Shown here: positions 26,301 through 36,151 of the stretch, in pieces
Layout: each line of letters starts with the position of its first letter
How positions within the stretch are numbered: position 1 is the first letter of the stretch
Translations under genes and position numbers: made by a program
Source: Mobula hypostoma
Lineage: Eukaryota
Direction: 5' to 3'
Length of the DNA stretch: 64,000 nt
NCBI RefSeq assembly: GCF_963921235.1
Contig: NC_086107.1
Coordinates: forward strand, 87,730,001-87,794,000
Notes under the pieces: generated by a model
Told to the model about the DNA's origin: nothing
The model's database searches: none
Seen by the model: only the letters and a program-made list of their open reading frames with translations

Positions 26301-27578
26301 TTTCTACAGCATTCCCCAACAGACATCTCACTGTGCTGGAAGAACAACACATCCTGGGCAGGCCAAAGAGTGTCCTTCACTGAGTTGATGACCTTTCAGC
26401 AGCGATTGATATCTATCTTCTTGTACGTCCCTGGAACAGCCCCTGTTCCTGTTTCACAGCTGCTGGGGATGACAAAGGACACTGACCCTCAGCTCTGTCC
26501 CCACATCCTCTTAGCAATCGACACCTGCAAAAAGCTGGAGTCGTCGAACCCACCCATGTGGGACCGAGCTCACATTAACAAATCCAAGTCAAACTGTCCT
26601 CTCCCCCCCCGCCCCCACCCCTCTGAGATTGGGCGTTAGACTCATTATCTTCTCCCTCTCCTCTGGCACTGGGCATCAAACATAATACCCTCTCCACCCC
26701 CTTGGGACCAGGTACCAGACACACCACTCTCTCTGGGAATGGTTGTTGGATACATCATCCCCCCTCTCCCCATGGGAGCCCTGGTTTTGCACTGACCTGT
26801 ACGGTGTCCCAGACCTGGTAAGACAAGTAATCAGCACTGACGCTCTCTGGGTATCCTTGTGGAAGGAAGACAGACTGAAAGAGAAATGTGAAAGGGGAAG
26901 GTTACTGTGAATATTCCAACTCAAAGCTACTGCATCATTGGCAGAAGAGATTACAAACTGTGTATTGAGGGTTGGAAGCTACTGTTCAGGGAGAGATAGA
27001 GCAGTGTAGGTTGTGGAATTTGAGACTGATGGAAGTGACGGAGTTTGGATCTGGTGGGTCATCACAATCTTTGAATAAGGAACCAACTGCTCTACATGGA
27101 GGTGGAAAACAATTTCTTCCCCTGACGCATTAGAATCGTTGGGATTTTCTTCCCTCAAGGCTCGGTCCCAGAGCTCAGAGACAAAGAGATTTCAGGCTGT
27201 GCTAGAAAGGGCTGAAAAATTAAGTGACATCCCTGGAGGGTGTTGTGTTTGGGGAAGAAAAGCTTTATGACCCATCCCTACTCACCCCCTGAGGTGGGGC
27301 ACTTACCAGCATTTATCACACATCCTTCATTATCCCCTCGAGAAAGTGGGTAATTTGCCAGCATTTGTTGCTCATCCCTAATTGCCCCCATCTGTTGGTG
27401 TCGGGCAGCGCCCTCCTTTTCCACCACTCACCGAGATCCCTCTTGCCAAGGAGTTGGCCACTTGGCCCGTTTTCTCCTGCTTTCTCAGCAACCTCCCTTC
27501 CAGGTCGTGGATATAGTGGTGGGCCCCACCTCCACCGTACTTCTCGCTGCAGAAAATGGCGCGGTCCATCCTAGGCAT
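14144..27578 (-). CDS. RUSF1: RUS family member 1 (C16orf58, root-UVB-sensitive/DUF647), complete spliced CDS, 13 exons, 1344 nt, 447 aa
   Basis: Concatenated exons give VFLPQGYPESVSADYLSYQVWDTVQ-AFAS..LATQAVL-DGTGMIGRILFAW-AKQWRLFAD-GGATRAALTVHQAR.DNMADVSAKD.SQETLVNLAG-ANYRAVRAVVMETLN-DEWRARW; all junctions GT-AG and in phase. Confidence 0.96.
14451..14609 (-). CDS. RUSF1: RUSF1 coding exon 12
   Basis: tttacag| GEVSICLREGAGSVDIIQAAIHAELL...ASIRT |gtacgt; 159 nt, phase 1-1. Confidence 0.88.
15070..15140 (-). CDS. RUSF1: RUSF1 coding exon 11
   Basis: tactcag| SVAEYQRAIENNSKNYLLGIHRDT |gtgagt; 71 nt, phase 2-1. Confidence 0.88.
15429..16029 (+). mobile_element. ~600-bp non-autonomous retroposon with (CA)-like tail
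   Basis: Flanked by ATTATAGG direct repeat (15421-15428, 16030-16037); shares a core with 59197-59627. Confidence 0.65.
16068..16125 (-). CDS. RUSF1: RUSF1 coding exon 10
   Basis: gttccag| AFWRRGTVRLGAPLHTICQ |gtaggt; 58 nt, phase 1-2. Confidence 0.9.
16229..16780. mobile_element. Tc1/mariner-type MITE
   Basis: TA|GACTCAGTGACCACTTTATTAGATAC ... TACCTAATAAAGTGGCCACTGAGTG|TA; extra internal TIR copy at ~16260. Confidence 0.85.
17065..17249 (-). CDS. RUSF1: RUSF1 coding exon 9
   Basis: ccccacag| LTHLLFALFTILHLFANYRAVRAVVMETLNNARL...PREPLLP |gtcagt; 185 nt. Confidence 0.95.
18243..18313 (-). CDS. RUSF1: RUSF1 coding exon 8
   Basis: tctacag| ETLVNLAGLSAGALLAPLTADNL |gtacgc; 71 nt, phase 0-2. 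Confidence 0.92.
18685..18786 (-). CDS. RUSF1: RUSF1 coding exon 7
   Basis: tccatag| SVVGVAGGATRAALTVHQARRDNMADVSAKDGSQ |gtgagg; 102 nt. Confidence 0.96.
18919..19024 (-). CDS. RUSF1: RUSF1 coding exon 6
   Basis: ctccag| RLFADLLNDLAIFIEITAPAFPTIFTLIICVSCLLK |gtgggt; 106 nt. Confidence 0.96.
19050..19415. repeat. 50-53 bp minisatellite filling most of a RUSF1 intron
   Basis: CCATCACACAC...GGGTCAGACAC..AGTGAAGCTC unit, ~7 copies. Confidence 0.85.
19464..19496 (-). CDS. RUSF1: RUSF1 coding exon 5 (33 nt)
   Basis: tttctgcag| GTQLDQDAKQW |gtgagt; phase 2-2. Confidence 0.93.
19935..21345. mobile_element. Old CR1 fragments on either side of RUSF1 exon 4 (+ 19935-20590; - 20940-21260; + 21260-21345)
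   Basis: VEQRDPGVQV..SQKVDRVVK..STLAFI and decayed CR1 3' ends. Confidence 0.7.
20844..20889 (-). CDS. RUSF1: RUSF1 coding exon 4
   Basis: cttccag| DGTGMIGRILFAWLK |gtgagt; 46 nt, phase 1-2. Confidence 0.95.
21346..22935. mobile_element. Two non-coding retroposon-like elements joined tail-to-tail (+ 21346-22155; - 22155-22935), inside a CR1
   Basis: Both end in a similar tail (..TCAGG.TGTA...TG.ATA.AT...T.TGA.A.TAAATGTAC) meeting at ~22150; CR1 sequence resumes at 22935. Confidence 0.5.
23293..24230. repeat. Minisatellite of ~43-48 bp monomers organised as a 228-bp higher-order repeat
   Basis: GAGACAC(T/C)GGTCAGTGTACAGAT(T/C)TC core ~21x; near-identical ORFs recur at 23439/23667/23895 and 23530/23758/23986. 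Confidence 0.93.
24250..24364 (-). CDS. RUSF1: RUSF1 coding exon 3
   Basis: ctcctcag| AFASTLTGTLATQAVLRGVGVGDSSATVAAASLTWMLK |gtaagg; 115 nt. Confidence 0.96.
24520..25030 (-). mobile_element. CR1 3' fragment carrying an old Penelope tail (~24653-24835)
   Basis: CR1 tail; minus-strand CTGATGAAGGGTCTCGGCCCGA (decayed hammerhead region). Confidence 0.65.
25256..25550 (+). mobile_element. tRNA-derived V-SINE (HE1-like) inserted in a CR1 fragment (25150-26285)
   Basis: A/B-box-like head (GAGTTCAATCC), V-domain TGCGTGGGTTTTCTCCCGGT..TCCTCCCACAGT.CAAAG, CR1-like tail and (AAAT)n. Confidence 0.7.
26797..26874 (-). CDS. RUSF1: RUSF1 coding exon 2
   Basis: ctttcag| SVFLPQGYPESVSADYLSYQVWDTVQ |gtcagt; 78 nt. 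Confidence 0.96.
27432..27578 (-). CDS. RUSF1: RUSF1 coding exon 1 (exon starts at 27586)
   Basis: cccccag|gccgcaccATG; MPRMDRAIFCSEKYGGG...ARGIS |gtgagt; CSEKYG matches the RUSF1 CSEQFG motif. Confidence 0.9.
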
Positions 27579-27599
27579 GGTGCGGCCTGGGGGAGAGAA

Positions 27600-28270
27600 A
27601 GCAAGTGGTTAACACTCACAGAGGGAGAGGGCTTAACTCAGTGATGGGGAGGGGTTAATGGTCACAGAGAAAGAGGGGTCAACTCAATCAGAGGGGGAGA
27701 GGGGGGTTCATGGTCACAGTGGGGAAGTGTTAACTCATGTCAGATGGGGAGGTTAATAGACAGAGGAGTTAACATACAGTAGAAGAGGAGTTATTTCAAA
27801 GGGGAAGGATTTAATATTCACAGGGGAGAGGAAGGGGTTAATGGTCACAGGGGAGAGATTAACGCACAAAGGAAAGGGAAAGGGTTAACTTTTACTAGGG
27901 GAGTTAATCGGGGAGGAGAGGGGGAGTTAACAGAGGAAGGGGTTAACTCCAGCAATGGAAGGGTTAATGGTCATGAAGCGGGTGAGGGAGGAATAGGCGG
28001 GGAGTAGAGGGAATAGGGAGAGGGAGAAAGGGAGGTGAGGGAGGGAGAAAGGGAATGAGATGGAGGGAGAAGTAAATGGTCATGGAGAGTGAGGGAGGGA
28101 GAAAGGGAATGAGACGGAGGGAGAAGTAAATGGTCATGGAGAGTGAGGGAGGGAGAGATTAATGGTCATGAACGGGGAGGGAAAGGATCAACATGGTCGA
28201 AGGGAGGGAAGTGGAAGGGCAAGGAGAAGTGGACGGAGAAGGGGGAGCGAGGGAGTGGAATGGAGAAGAT
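27600..28270. repeat. Purine-rich low-complexity repeat (GGGGTTAA / AATGGTCA units)
   Basis: Repeated GAGGGGTTAA(C/T) motifs; ~50-bp duplication at 28036-28170. Confidence 0.7.
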
Positions 28271-28429
28271 CTGCTGGGGCACACTCCCAAAACTCCTCCC
28301 TTTTATCCCTCTCTCCTTTCAGGCCTCAACCCGTCTCTCTTCATTCCATGATTATTATCCCACAAAACTACATCCTCTGTGCCTGACACTACTCCCTGTA
28401 CATACAGGGTTGTATAGACAGTATAGCAG

Positions 28430-30560
28430 ATGATACCTCTGTAGAGGACAATACTGAAGATAACAATGAGTCAGAGTTCAGGAAGGAGATAGAGAGCTTA
28501 GTGACATGGTATCATGACAACAACATTTCCCTTAAAGTCAGCAAAAGAGCTGGTCATTGACTTCAGGAAGGTTGGGAGAGGGGTGGGAGGCTGTACACGC
28601 TCCTGTTTACATCAGTGGTGCTGAGGTTGAGAAAGTTGACAGCTTCAAGCTGAGCTGTGAACATCATCAATAATCAGTCCCTGTCCAATCCCATTGACAT
28701 ATGGCCAGGAAAGTCCACCAATGCCTCTACTTCCTTTGGAGGCTAGAGAAATTTGACCCTCAATGTCTACAGATGCACCATTGAAAGCATTCTGCCCAGA
28801 CGCATCATGGTTTGGTACGACAACTGCTCTGCACCTGACCACAAGAAAACACAGTTAAAGAGTTGTAGAAACAGCTCAGCACATTGCAGAAACCATCCCC
28901 CCCACCCCCCCCCCGTCTCAGTCACATGTGGTACCGCTACATACATTTTTTCAGTGCTGGTTTCTGGTTTATGATTTTCACACGTACCGACACACAGTGG
29001 AAAAACTTGTTTTGCATACTGTTTATACGGGTCAGGTAATTACACAGAGCCTTGAGCTACAATAAAGTAAAAGAATAGCAGTGCAGAATAAAGTGTAAAA
29101 GCTACCAATAAAGTGAAGTGCAGATAAATGACGAAGTGCAAGACAGATTGTGAGGCTAAGAGTCCATCTTATTCTATCAAAGGTCCGTTCAAGAGTATGA
29201 TATTATTGGGAGAGAAGCTGTCGTTGAACCTGGTGTACGTGCTTTCAAGCTTTTGTATCTTCTGCCCAACAGGCATAGGGAGGACAAAGAACGTCTGCGG
29301 TGAGTGGAGTCTTCGATTATGCCGGCTGTCTTACTGAGGCAGTGAGAAGTGTAAACAGACTCCATGGAGGGGAGGCTGATTCCTGCAATGTGCTGAGTTG
29401 CGTCCACAACTCTTTGTAGTTTCCTTTGGTCATACACAGAGCAGTTGCTATACCAATTCATCGTGCATCCATACAGAATGTTTTCTATGGTGCATTGATA
29501 AAAAAAAAATGGTAGGAGTCAATGGGACATTTGCTGGCTGTTGGCGTAGTGGCATCAGCGCCGGACTTTGGAGTTCAAACCCAGCCGGCTCTCCTGGCAC
29601 GCTTTCGTGCTGGGTTGAGCGTCGAGCTAGCAACTCGACCTCGTAAAAAAGAAATTGCCTGCTACAGAAACATCAACAGCAAAAAAGTTGATGGCCTATG
29701 CTGTCCCGTGAGTTTAAAAGGCAATTCCTTTTTTCAATAGGACATTCCAAATCTCTTCAGCCTACAGGCGTTGGTGAGCCTTCTTGGCCAAGACATCAAC
29801 TTGGTTGGACCAGTACAGGGAGGAACTTGAAACTCTCAACCTCAACACCACTGATGTATACAGGAGCATGCGCATTGGCCCCTTCCTGGTCAATGATCAA
29901 CTCTTGTTTTATTGACATTGAGGGAAAGGTTGTTGTCATGACACCATCTCACTAACCTCTCTACCTCCTTCCTGTACTCCGACTCATCATCATTTGAAAC
30001 ACGGCCGACTACAGTGCTATCATCTGTAAGCTTGTAGATGGAGCAGAATCTGGCCAGGCAATCATGAGTATACAGATAGTAGAGTAGGGGGCTGAGGACG
30101 CAGCTTTGTAGAGCATCAAAGTTTAGAATGTTCATGGTGGAGGTGTTGATACCAATCCTTACAGGTTATGGTCTGTTGGTCAGAATGTTAAGGAACCATT
30201 TGTGGAAGGATGCATTAACTCCCAGGGTCTGCTGTTTGGTGATGAGCTTGCTTGGAACAGCACGCAAGAACCCAATACATCGTGGGTGCATCCCTCCCCA
30301 TCATCAGCAGTATCTGCAGGACATGCTGGCTCAAAAAGGCAACATCCATCATCAAAAATCCTCACCATCCAGGCCATGCCATCTTCTCGGGCAGGAGGTA
30401 CAGAAGGCTGAAGTCCCATCCCATTCTACCGGTTTCAGGAAGAGTTTTGCACTAACCCTATCTCAGCAATAGGACTCTATGGATCTCCTGAAGATCCACA
30501 GCTCTAGGTTTTTCCCCATCGCTGTCAGATTCTTGAACCCACTTGAAAACCCTAACACTG
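28430..30560. mobile_element. Cluster of Rex1/Babar fragments (+ 28430-28900; - 28950-30260; + 30265-30560)
   Basis: NVYRCTIESIL..WYDNCSAPDHKK; SCVLSPLLYYLYTHDC..LTDDSTVVG..WCHDNNLSLNVNKT. Confidence 0.8.
29532..29733 (+). mobile_element. ~200-bp tRNA-headed SINE with 13-bp TSD
   Basis: TGGCGTAGTGG A-box, GAGTTCAAACC B-box; TSD TCAAT(G/A)GGACATT at 29519-29531 and 29734-29746. Confidence 0.8.
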
Positions 30561-30959
30561 TTTCTGTTAGGTACCTGGAATTTCTTGCTTTGATCTTTAG
30601 AAATTTTCTCCACTTTTTGTTGATTCCACTTGGCACATCTATGTGTTGGTTAGTATTTTAATCCAAGATTTAGATCCCTGATTCTGAAATTAGCCACTGG
30701 GAGGTATAAAGAATGTGACCCTATATTACCCTGTTCCCCATTGGTCTGGAGAAATTATTAACTTAACTATCAATTATGGAAAAACATTAAAATTTAGCTA
30801 TTTCAGCAGAACTTGAAGTGCATAGGAATCCATCTAATTGTAAACCACAAAATGAACACTAGAAATACTCAGCAGGTAGTTCATGAGGAGAGATATAAAG
30901 GTTAATATTATCAGTGTCACTTCCTGTTTTGAAGTCTTGTTATCATTTGTATGTTTCAA

Positions 30960-33900
30960 CATAAAAGTCTTAGAGAAGTACAGCAGAGAAACAGGCCCAT
31001 TGAAACCATTTGCTGAAACCATTTAAGCTGTCTACTCCCATCGGCTTGCACCAAGACCACAGCCTTCCATACCCCTACCATCCATGTACCTTTCCAAACT
31101 TACTCTTAAATTTTGAGATCAAGCTCGCATGCACCACTTGTGCTGGCAGCTCGTCCAATACTCTCAGGACTCTCTGCATAAAAAAGTTACCCTTTGTGTT
31201 CCCTTTAAACTTTTCACCTTTCACCCTTAACCCATGACTTCTGGTTGTAGTCCCGCCCAACCTCAATGGAAAAAGCCTGCTTGCATTTACCCTATCTGTA
31301 TCCCTCATAATTTTGTGCATCTCAATCAAATCTCCTCTCAATTTTCTACATTCTAAGAAGTACAGTTCTAACCTATTCAATCTTCACTTATAACTCAGGT
31401 TTAGCAACATCCCTGCAAGTTTTCTCTGCACTCTTTCAACCTTGTTTACATCTTTCCCGTAGGTAGGTAACCAAAACTGCACACAATACTCCAAATTAGG
31501 CCTCACCAGCATGTTATACAACTTCAACGTAACACCCCATCTCCAGTACTCAATATTTGATTTATGAATGCCAATGTGGCAAGAGCTTTCTTTATGACCC
31601 TGTCTACATGTGATGCCACTTTCAACTTGTATTCCTAGATCCCTTTGTTCTACCACACTATCAGTGCCCTACTGTGTAAGATCTACCCATGCTGATCCTA
31701 CCAAAATGCAAAATCTCCCACTTGTCTGCATGAAATTCCATTTGGCATTTTTCTGCCCATTTTCCCACCTAGTCCAGATCCCTCTGCAAGCCATTATAGC
31801 CTTCCTCACTGTCCACTACAACCCAGTCTTAGTGTCATCTGCAAATTCACTAATCCAGATAACCACATTATCAACCAGATCATTGATACAGATGTCAAAC
31901 AACAATGGGCCCAGCACCAATACCTGTGGCACTCTACTAGTCACAGGCCTCCAGTCAGAGAAGCAACCATCTATTAAGACTCTATGGCTTCTCCCACAAA
32001 GACAAGGTCTAATCCAATTTACTACTTCATTCTGAATGCTGAGTAACTGAAACTTCATGACCAACCTCCCATGTGGGATCTTGTCAAATTCCTTCCTAAA
32101 GTCCGTGTAGATAACATCCACTGCCTTGCCTTCATCCACATTCCTGGTAATTTCCTCAAAAAACTCTATAAGACTGATTAGACAAGATCTACCACTCACA
32201 AAGCCAAGCTGACTATTCTTAATCAGTCCATGTCTGCCCAAAGGCTTATAAATCCTGTCCTGTCAAATGCCTTCCAATATCTTTCCCACAACTGATGTCA
32301 GAATCACCGGCCTGTAATTTCCTGGTTTATGTTTACAGCCTTTTTTGAAAAATAGTGGAACAACATTGGCCTTCCTCCAATCCTGTCACTAAGTATGATT
32401 TAAGTATCTCTGCTATTTCCTGCAATTTCTGCACTTGCCTCCCGTAGGATGAGGGAACGCCTTGTCAAGCCTTGGGGATTTATCCATCCAGATTTGCCCC
32501 AGGATAGCAAACACCTCGTCCTCTGCAATCTGTGCAGAGTCCATGAAGTTGATGCCATTTTACCTCACTTCTATAGACTCTCTGTCCATCTTCCGAGTAA
32601 AAAAAAAATTTAAGATCTCCCACATCTGTTTTGGCTCCGCACTTGCATTACCATTCTGGTCTTCTAAAGAGCCAGTTTTGTCCTTTGCAATACTTTTGCT
32701 CTTGACTTATCTGTAGAATCCCTTAGGATTCACCTTCATTTATCTGCTAGAGCAACTTCATGCCTTCTTTTAGCCATCCTTAAGTATTATCTTGCATTGC
32801 TTGTACTCCATAAGCACCTCATTTGTTCTAACTTGTCTGTACCTGCTATGCACCTCCTATTTTCTCTTAGTCAGAGCCTCAATATCTCTTGAAAATCGAG
32901 GCTCCCTACACTTGTCACCTTTACCTTTTTATTCTGACAGGCACATACATACATTGAATTCTCAAAATTTCATTTTTGAAGGGCTTCCACTTACCAAATA
33001 CACAACACACACATGCCCCAAGCCACACCTGCCAGATCATTTCTGTTACCATCAACATTGGCCTTTCTCCAATTTAGAATCTCAACCCGAGCACCTGGCC
33101 TATCTTTTTGCATATTTACTTTGAAACTAATGGCATTGTGGTCACTAGATGCAAATTGTTCCCCTACACAAACCTCTGTCACCTGCCCTGTCTCATTCCC
33201 TAATAGCAGATCCAGTATCACACACTCTCACGCTGCGACTTCTACATAATGTTGAAGGAAATGTTTCTGAACACATTTGACAAACTCTATCCCATCTAGT
33301 CCTTTTACAGTATGGGATTCCCAGTCCATATGTGGAAAGTTAAAATCACCTACTATAATAATCTTATGTTTCTTGCAACAGTCTGTGATCTCTTTACAAA
33401 TTTGTTCCTCTAAATCCCTGCGTAGTCTGTAATATAGCCCTAATAAAATGGTTACACTTTTCTTAATTCTCAGTTCCATCCATAATGCTTCACTAGACGA
33501 GTTCTCCAGTCTGTCCTAACAGAGTACTGTCATGACATTTTACCTGGCTAGTAATGCCACTCTCCTCCTTTAATCCTTCTGATTCTGTCACATCTAAGAC
33601 ACAGAAACATAGAAAATAGGTGCAGGAGTAGGCCATTCGGCCCTTCGAGCCTGCACCGCCATTCAGTATGATCATGGCTGATCATCCAACTCAGAACCTT
33701 GTACCTGCCTTCTCTCCATACCCCCAATCCCTTTAGCCACAAGGGCCATATCTAACTCCCTCTTAAATATAGCCAATGAACTGGCCTCAACTGTTTCCTG
33801 TGGCAGAGAATTCCACAGATTCACCACTCTGTGTGTGAAGAATCTGTTTTCCTGTTTTTGCCACCAAAGTGGGTAACCTCACATTTATCCACATTAAATT

Positions 33901-35450
33901 GTATCTGCCATGAATTTGCCCACTCACCTAACCTATCCAAGTCACCCTGCATCCTCTTAGCATGCTCCTCACAGCTAACACTACCGCCCAGCTTCGTATC
34001 ATCTGCAAACTTGGAGATGCTGCATTTAATTCCCTCGTCTAAGTCATTAATATATATTGTAAACAACTGGGGCCCCAGCACTGAGTCTTGCGGTACCCCA
34101 CTAGTCACTGCCTGCCATTCTGAAAAGGTCCCGTTTATTCCCACTCTTTGCTTCCCGTCTGCCAACCAATTCACTATCTAAGACAATGGAACCCTGGAAA
34201 CTGCCAGTCCTGCCTCTCCTGCAACCAATTCTCACTAATGGCTACAATGTCATAATCCCATGTGTTGATCCATGCCCTGAGCTCATCCACCTTTCCTACG
34301 ATACTTCTGGCATCGAAATACAAGCAGCTCAGGACACTAGTCCCACTATGCTCAACCTTTTGATTCCTGACTTTGTCTGAGGCCTTACCAACATTTGTCT
34401 CCACAACCTCCCCACTACCTGTTCTGGCGCTCTGGTTGCCACACCCATACCACTCTAGTTTAAATGCTACCATGCAACATTAACAAACCTTCCCACTAGA
34501 AATTAGTGCCTCTCCAGTTCAGGTCCCATCTTCCATGGAAGAGAGCCAAGTGACCCAAAACTATTATGCCCTCCCTCCTACACGAACTCCTTAGCTACAT
34601 ATTAAACTGCATAATCTTCCTAGTTCTGGCCTGACTAGTAAGTAGCAATCCTAAGATCACAACCCTGGAGGTCCTGTCCTTTAACTTAGCACCTAACTCC
34701 CTATATAGATCCTTGTCACTTGTTCTACCCACGTCTTTGGTACCTACTTGGACCATGACCTCTGGCTGGTCACCCTCCACTTGAGAATACCGAGGACCTG
34801 ATCTGAGACATCACAGACCCTCGCACCCGGGAGGCAACATACCATCTGGGAAACTTGTTCTCGCCCACAGTATCTCCTTTCTGTTCCCCTAGCTAACAAA
34901 TCCTCTATCACCACAACTCGCCTCTTCTTCCCCCTTCCCTTCCGAGTCACAGAGCAAGACTCAGTGCCAGAGACCCTACCACTGTGACTTTGCTACATCA
35001 CCCCGAACAGTACCTAAAGTGTTGTTGAGGGGGAATGGCCACAAGGGTACTCTGCACTGGCTCCTTAACCCCTTTCCCCTTCCTGACTGTCACCCAGTTT
35101 CCTGTGACCCACACCTTGGGTGCAACTGCCTCTCTATATGCCCTGCCTATCACCCCCTTCAGCCTCCCGAACGATCCAGAATTTATCCATTTCCAGCTCC
35201 AACTCCGTAACGCAGATCGTTAGAAGCTGCAGCTGGATGCACCTCGCAGTTCTAGCCGTCAGGGACACTGGAGATCTCCCTGCCTTCCCACATTCCGCAA
35301 GAGGAGCATTCAACTATCCTGGCTGACATCTCTCCTGTCCTAACTGGGCAAATGGAAATAAGGGAGGGGGAAAAGACTTCAACCTGGAGCTTCTCTTTTT
35401 TGCCTTCTCTGACTGAAGCCTTGAAGAGCTAAGCCTCAAAATCTGTCCAC
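30960..35450 (-). mobile_element. Near full-length decayed CR1 (ORF1 SGNH esterase, APE, RT)
   Basis: VCCLPGARV..VQVGTKDVG (ORF1); VGDFNFP, SDHNAI (APE); GRSCL..FADDTK (RT); tail at ~30960. Confidence 0.9.
33602..34175 (-). mobile_element. Young internally deleted CR1 nested in the older CR1
   Basis: 10-bp TSD ATCTAAGACA (33592-33601, 34176-34185); 3' end near-identical to the copy at 10772. Confidence 0.88.
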
Positions 35451-35569
35451 TCCAATGATGGCAGCTGCACATGCTCCGGCCTTCTTTTAACTTGTTCTTC
35501 CTAACCAATCCCAAACAGCAATTAGTTGCTGGTTAGAACTCCAAACATACTGCCTGGAATTGCTGCCTT

Positions 35570-35860
35570 TCGCTGCCTGCACAAGGTAGGGTGCAGACCG
35601 AGGTCTCTGAGCTTCCTGTCAAGCCTGGAAGGAATTATGGTGTGGAATACTGAACTGTAGTCCAGGAACAGCATCCCTCTTCTCCAGGTGAGGACGGTGT
35701 GTAGTGCTGTGGCTATGGCGTCATGGGTAGACCAGTTCCGTCGGTAGGCGAATTGTAGGGGGTTCACTGTGGGTGGTAGCATGCTGCAGATGTAGTCTTT
35801 AACCAGCCTCGCAGAGCATTTGCTTACATTTGAGGTGAGTGCGACAGGGCACCAGCCTGT
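35570..35860 (-). mobile_element. Rex1/Babar RT fragment
   Basis: PLQFAYRRNWSTHDAI..MLFLDYSSVFHTIIP. Confidence 0.8.
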
Positions 35861-36053
35861 TTGTTCACAGTTAACAGCTCCTAATGCTTACAGTTACTGT
35901 TCTTGAGATTTGTTAGTTATGCCTGCAGAAAAAGATTCTCAGGGTTGTATGTGGTGACTTGTATGTACTCTGATCATAAATTTTACTTTGAACTTTGGAA
36001 AGTTAAAGAATGAAAATACAAAGAAAGAACAGACAAAGAATAATCGTTTCTAC

Positions 36054-36151
36054 CTTGGCTTCTTCCCGTAGGCATGGTTACAACAAAGCCCACGCTAAAT
36101 GGCACCGCCTCAGTACTCGTGTCCTGCCACAGCTGGAGGCTCCCAACAGCA
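36054..36151 (-). other. RUSF1: Probable upstream RUSF1 exon (98 nt) with in-frame ATG at 36075
   Basis: Long pyrimidine tract ...cccgtttcccatag| and aag|gtagaa donor; aaccATG CCT..CAA G joins exon 27586 in frame (MPTGRSQGRT-MPRM). Confidence 0.55.

Noticed and set aside
34595-34950. SGNH/GDSL esterase-like host gene
   Set aside because: It is the CR1 ORF1 esterase, frameshifted and collinear with APE and RT
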